Below are positions 63,704-64,000 of a stretch of 64,000 bases of DNA, in pieces. The DNA is taken from the NCBI GenBank assembly GCA_963790735.1, contig CAWBQP010000002.1:9184-73183 (forward strand). Direction: 5' to 3'. The DNA is from an uncultured Alphaproteobacteria bacterium (GTDB taxonomy: Bacteria; Pseudomonadota; Alphaproteobacteria; Rhizobiales; Xanthobacteraceae). The notes beneath the pieces are model-generated. The model had not been told where the DNA came from. It made no database searches and was given only the letters and a program-made list of their open reading frames with translations. The position numbers and the translations under genes were made by a program. Each line of letters starts with the position of its first letter. The first letter of the stretch is position 1.

Positions 63704-64000
63704 CACATCACCTCGATGTCGGCCTGGATCGCGCCGGCGGCCTTGATCGCCTGCAGGATGCCGATCAGGTCGCGCGGGCCGATGCCGAGGCCGTTGAGGC
63801 CGTCGACGAGCTGCTGCAGCGAGACGCCGTCTTTCACGACCGCGAATTTCTTGCCGTCCTCGGCTGACGCTGACGCCCGGTGCGCGGCGTCACCACGGTG
63901 CGGCCGCGCGACAGCGGATTGGGCTGGCTCACCTGCGGGCTTTCGGAAATCGTCACGGTGAGATTGCCTTGCGCCACCGCCACGGTGGCGACGCGGACGT
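63703..64000 (-). CDS. flgI: Flagellar P-ring protein, C-terminal fragment (partial)
   Basis: [23 protein letters not shown]...[38 protein letters not shown]. Confidence 0.95.
   Translation of the reverse strand, partial: RPRRHRGGGARQSHRDDFRKPAGEPAQSAVARPHRGDAAHRASASAEDGKKFAVVKDGVSLQQLVDGLNGLGIGPRDLIGILQAIKAAGAIQADIEVM

Noticed and set aside
52386-64000. Flagellar cluster as a decaying (pseudogenised) locus
   Set aside because: Lesions are indels, promoters and terminators are intact, and a probably essential gene (GPR-like) shows the same type of lesion. Sequencing error is more parsimonious.

Overview
High-GC alphaproteobacterial chromosomal segment. Gene content, gene order and intergenic repeat families point to Bradyrhizobium or a close relative (inference). 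From left to right: the thiD 3' end; a Pho-box-preceded plcP-like phosphoesterase plus GT4 glycosyltransferase (phosphate-starvation lipid remodelling); a Thr/Ser dehydratase; an accessory block at about 3.4-17.4 kb (secreted caspase-like protein with a G/R/F/N-rich tail, AI-2E, OpgC, membrane metallophosphoesterase, DUF1269, glutaminase-MFS-small Tat peptide-HdeD, a TetR-EamA module bounded by a family of short repeats, lipid kinase); core genes (CheZ-like, MFS, DgcA-like epimerase, MlaEFD, a giant apolipoprotein-repeat GPR/RgsE-like polar growth protein, Hpt, ferredoxin and reductase, DUF2147, SGNH hydrolase, YciF, S9 peptidase, MHYT-GGDEF-EAL, MocR/DUF1127, Usp, SixA, MsrB); and a flagellar cluster (flgE flgK flgL flbT fliC flaF flaG-like flgN-like flgJ flgI). 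No rRNA, tRNA, CRISPR array, transposase or integrase was recognised. Many genes carry single-base frameshifts, increasingly so toward the right end. These most likely are sequencing or assembly indels. The best leads are (i) a GadC-less glutaminase/MFS/HdeD putative acid-resistance operon containing a Tat-exported cationic disulfide-hairpin peptide, (ii) co-oriented repeats that bound accessory genes like cassettes, and (iii) a domain of about 125 aa shared by FlgE and FlgL. All functional calls come from motif recognition by eye; no database searches were run.
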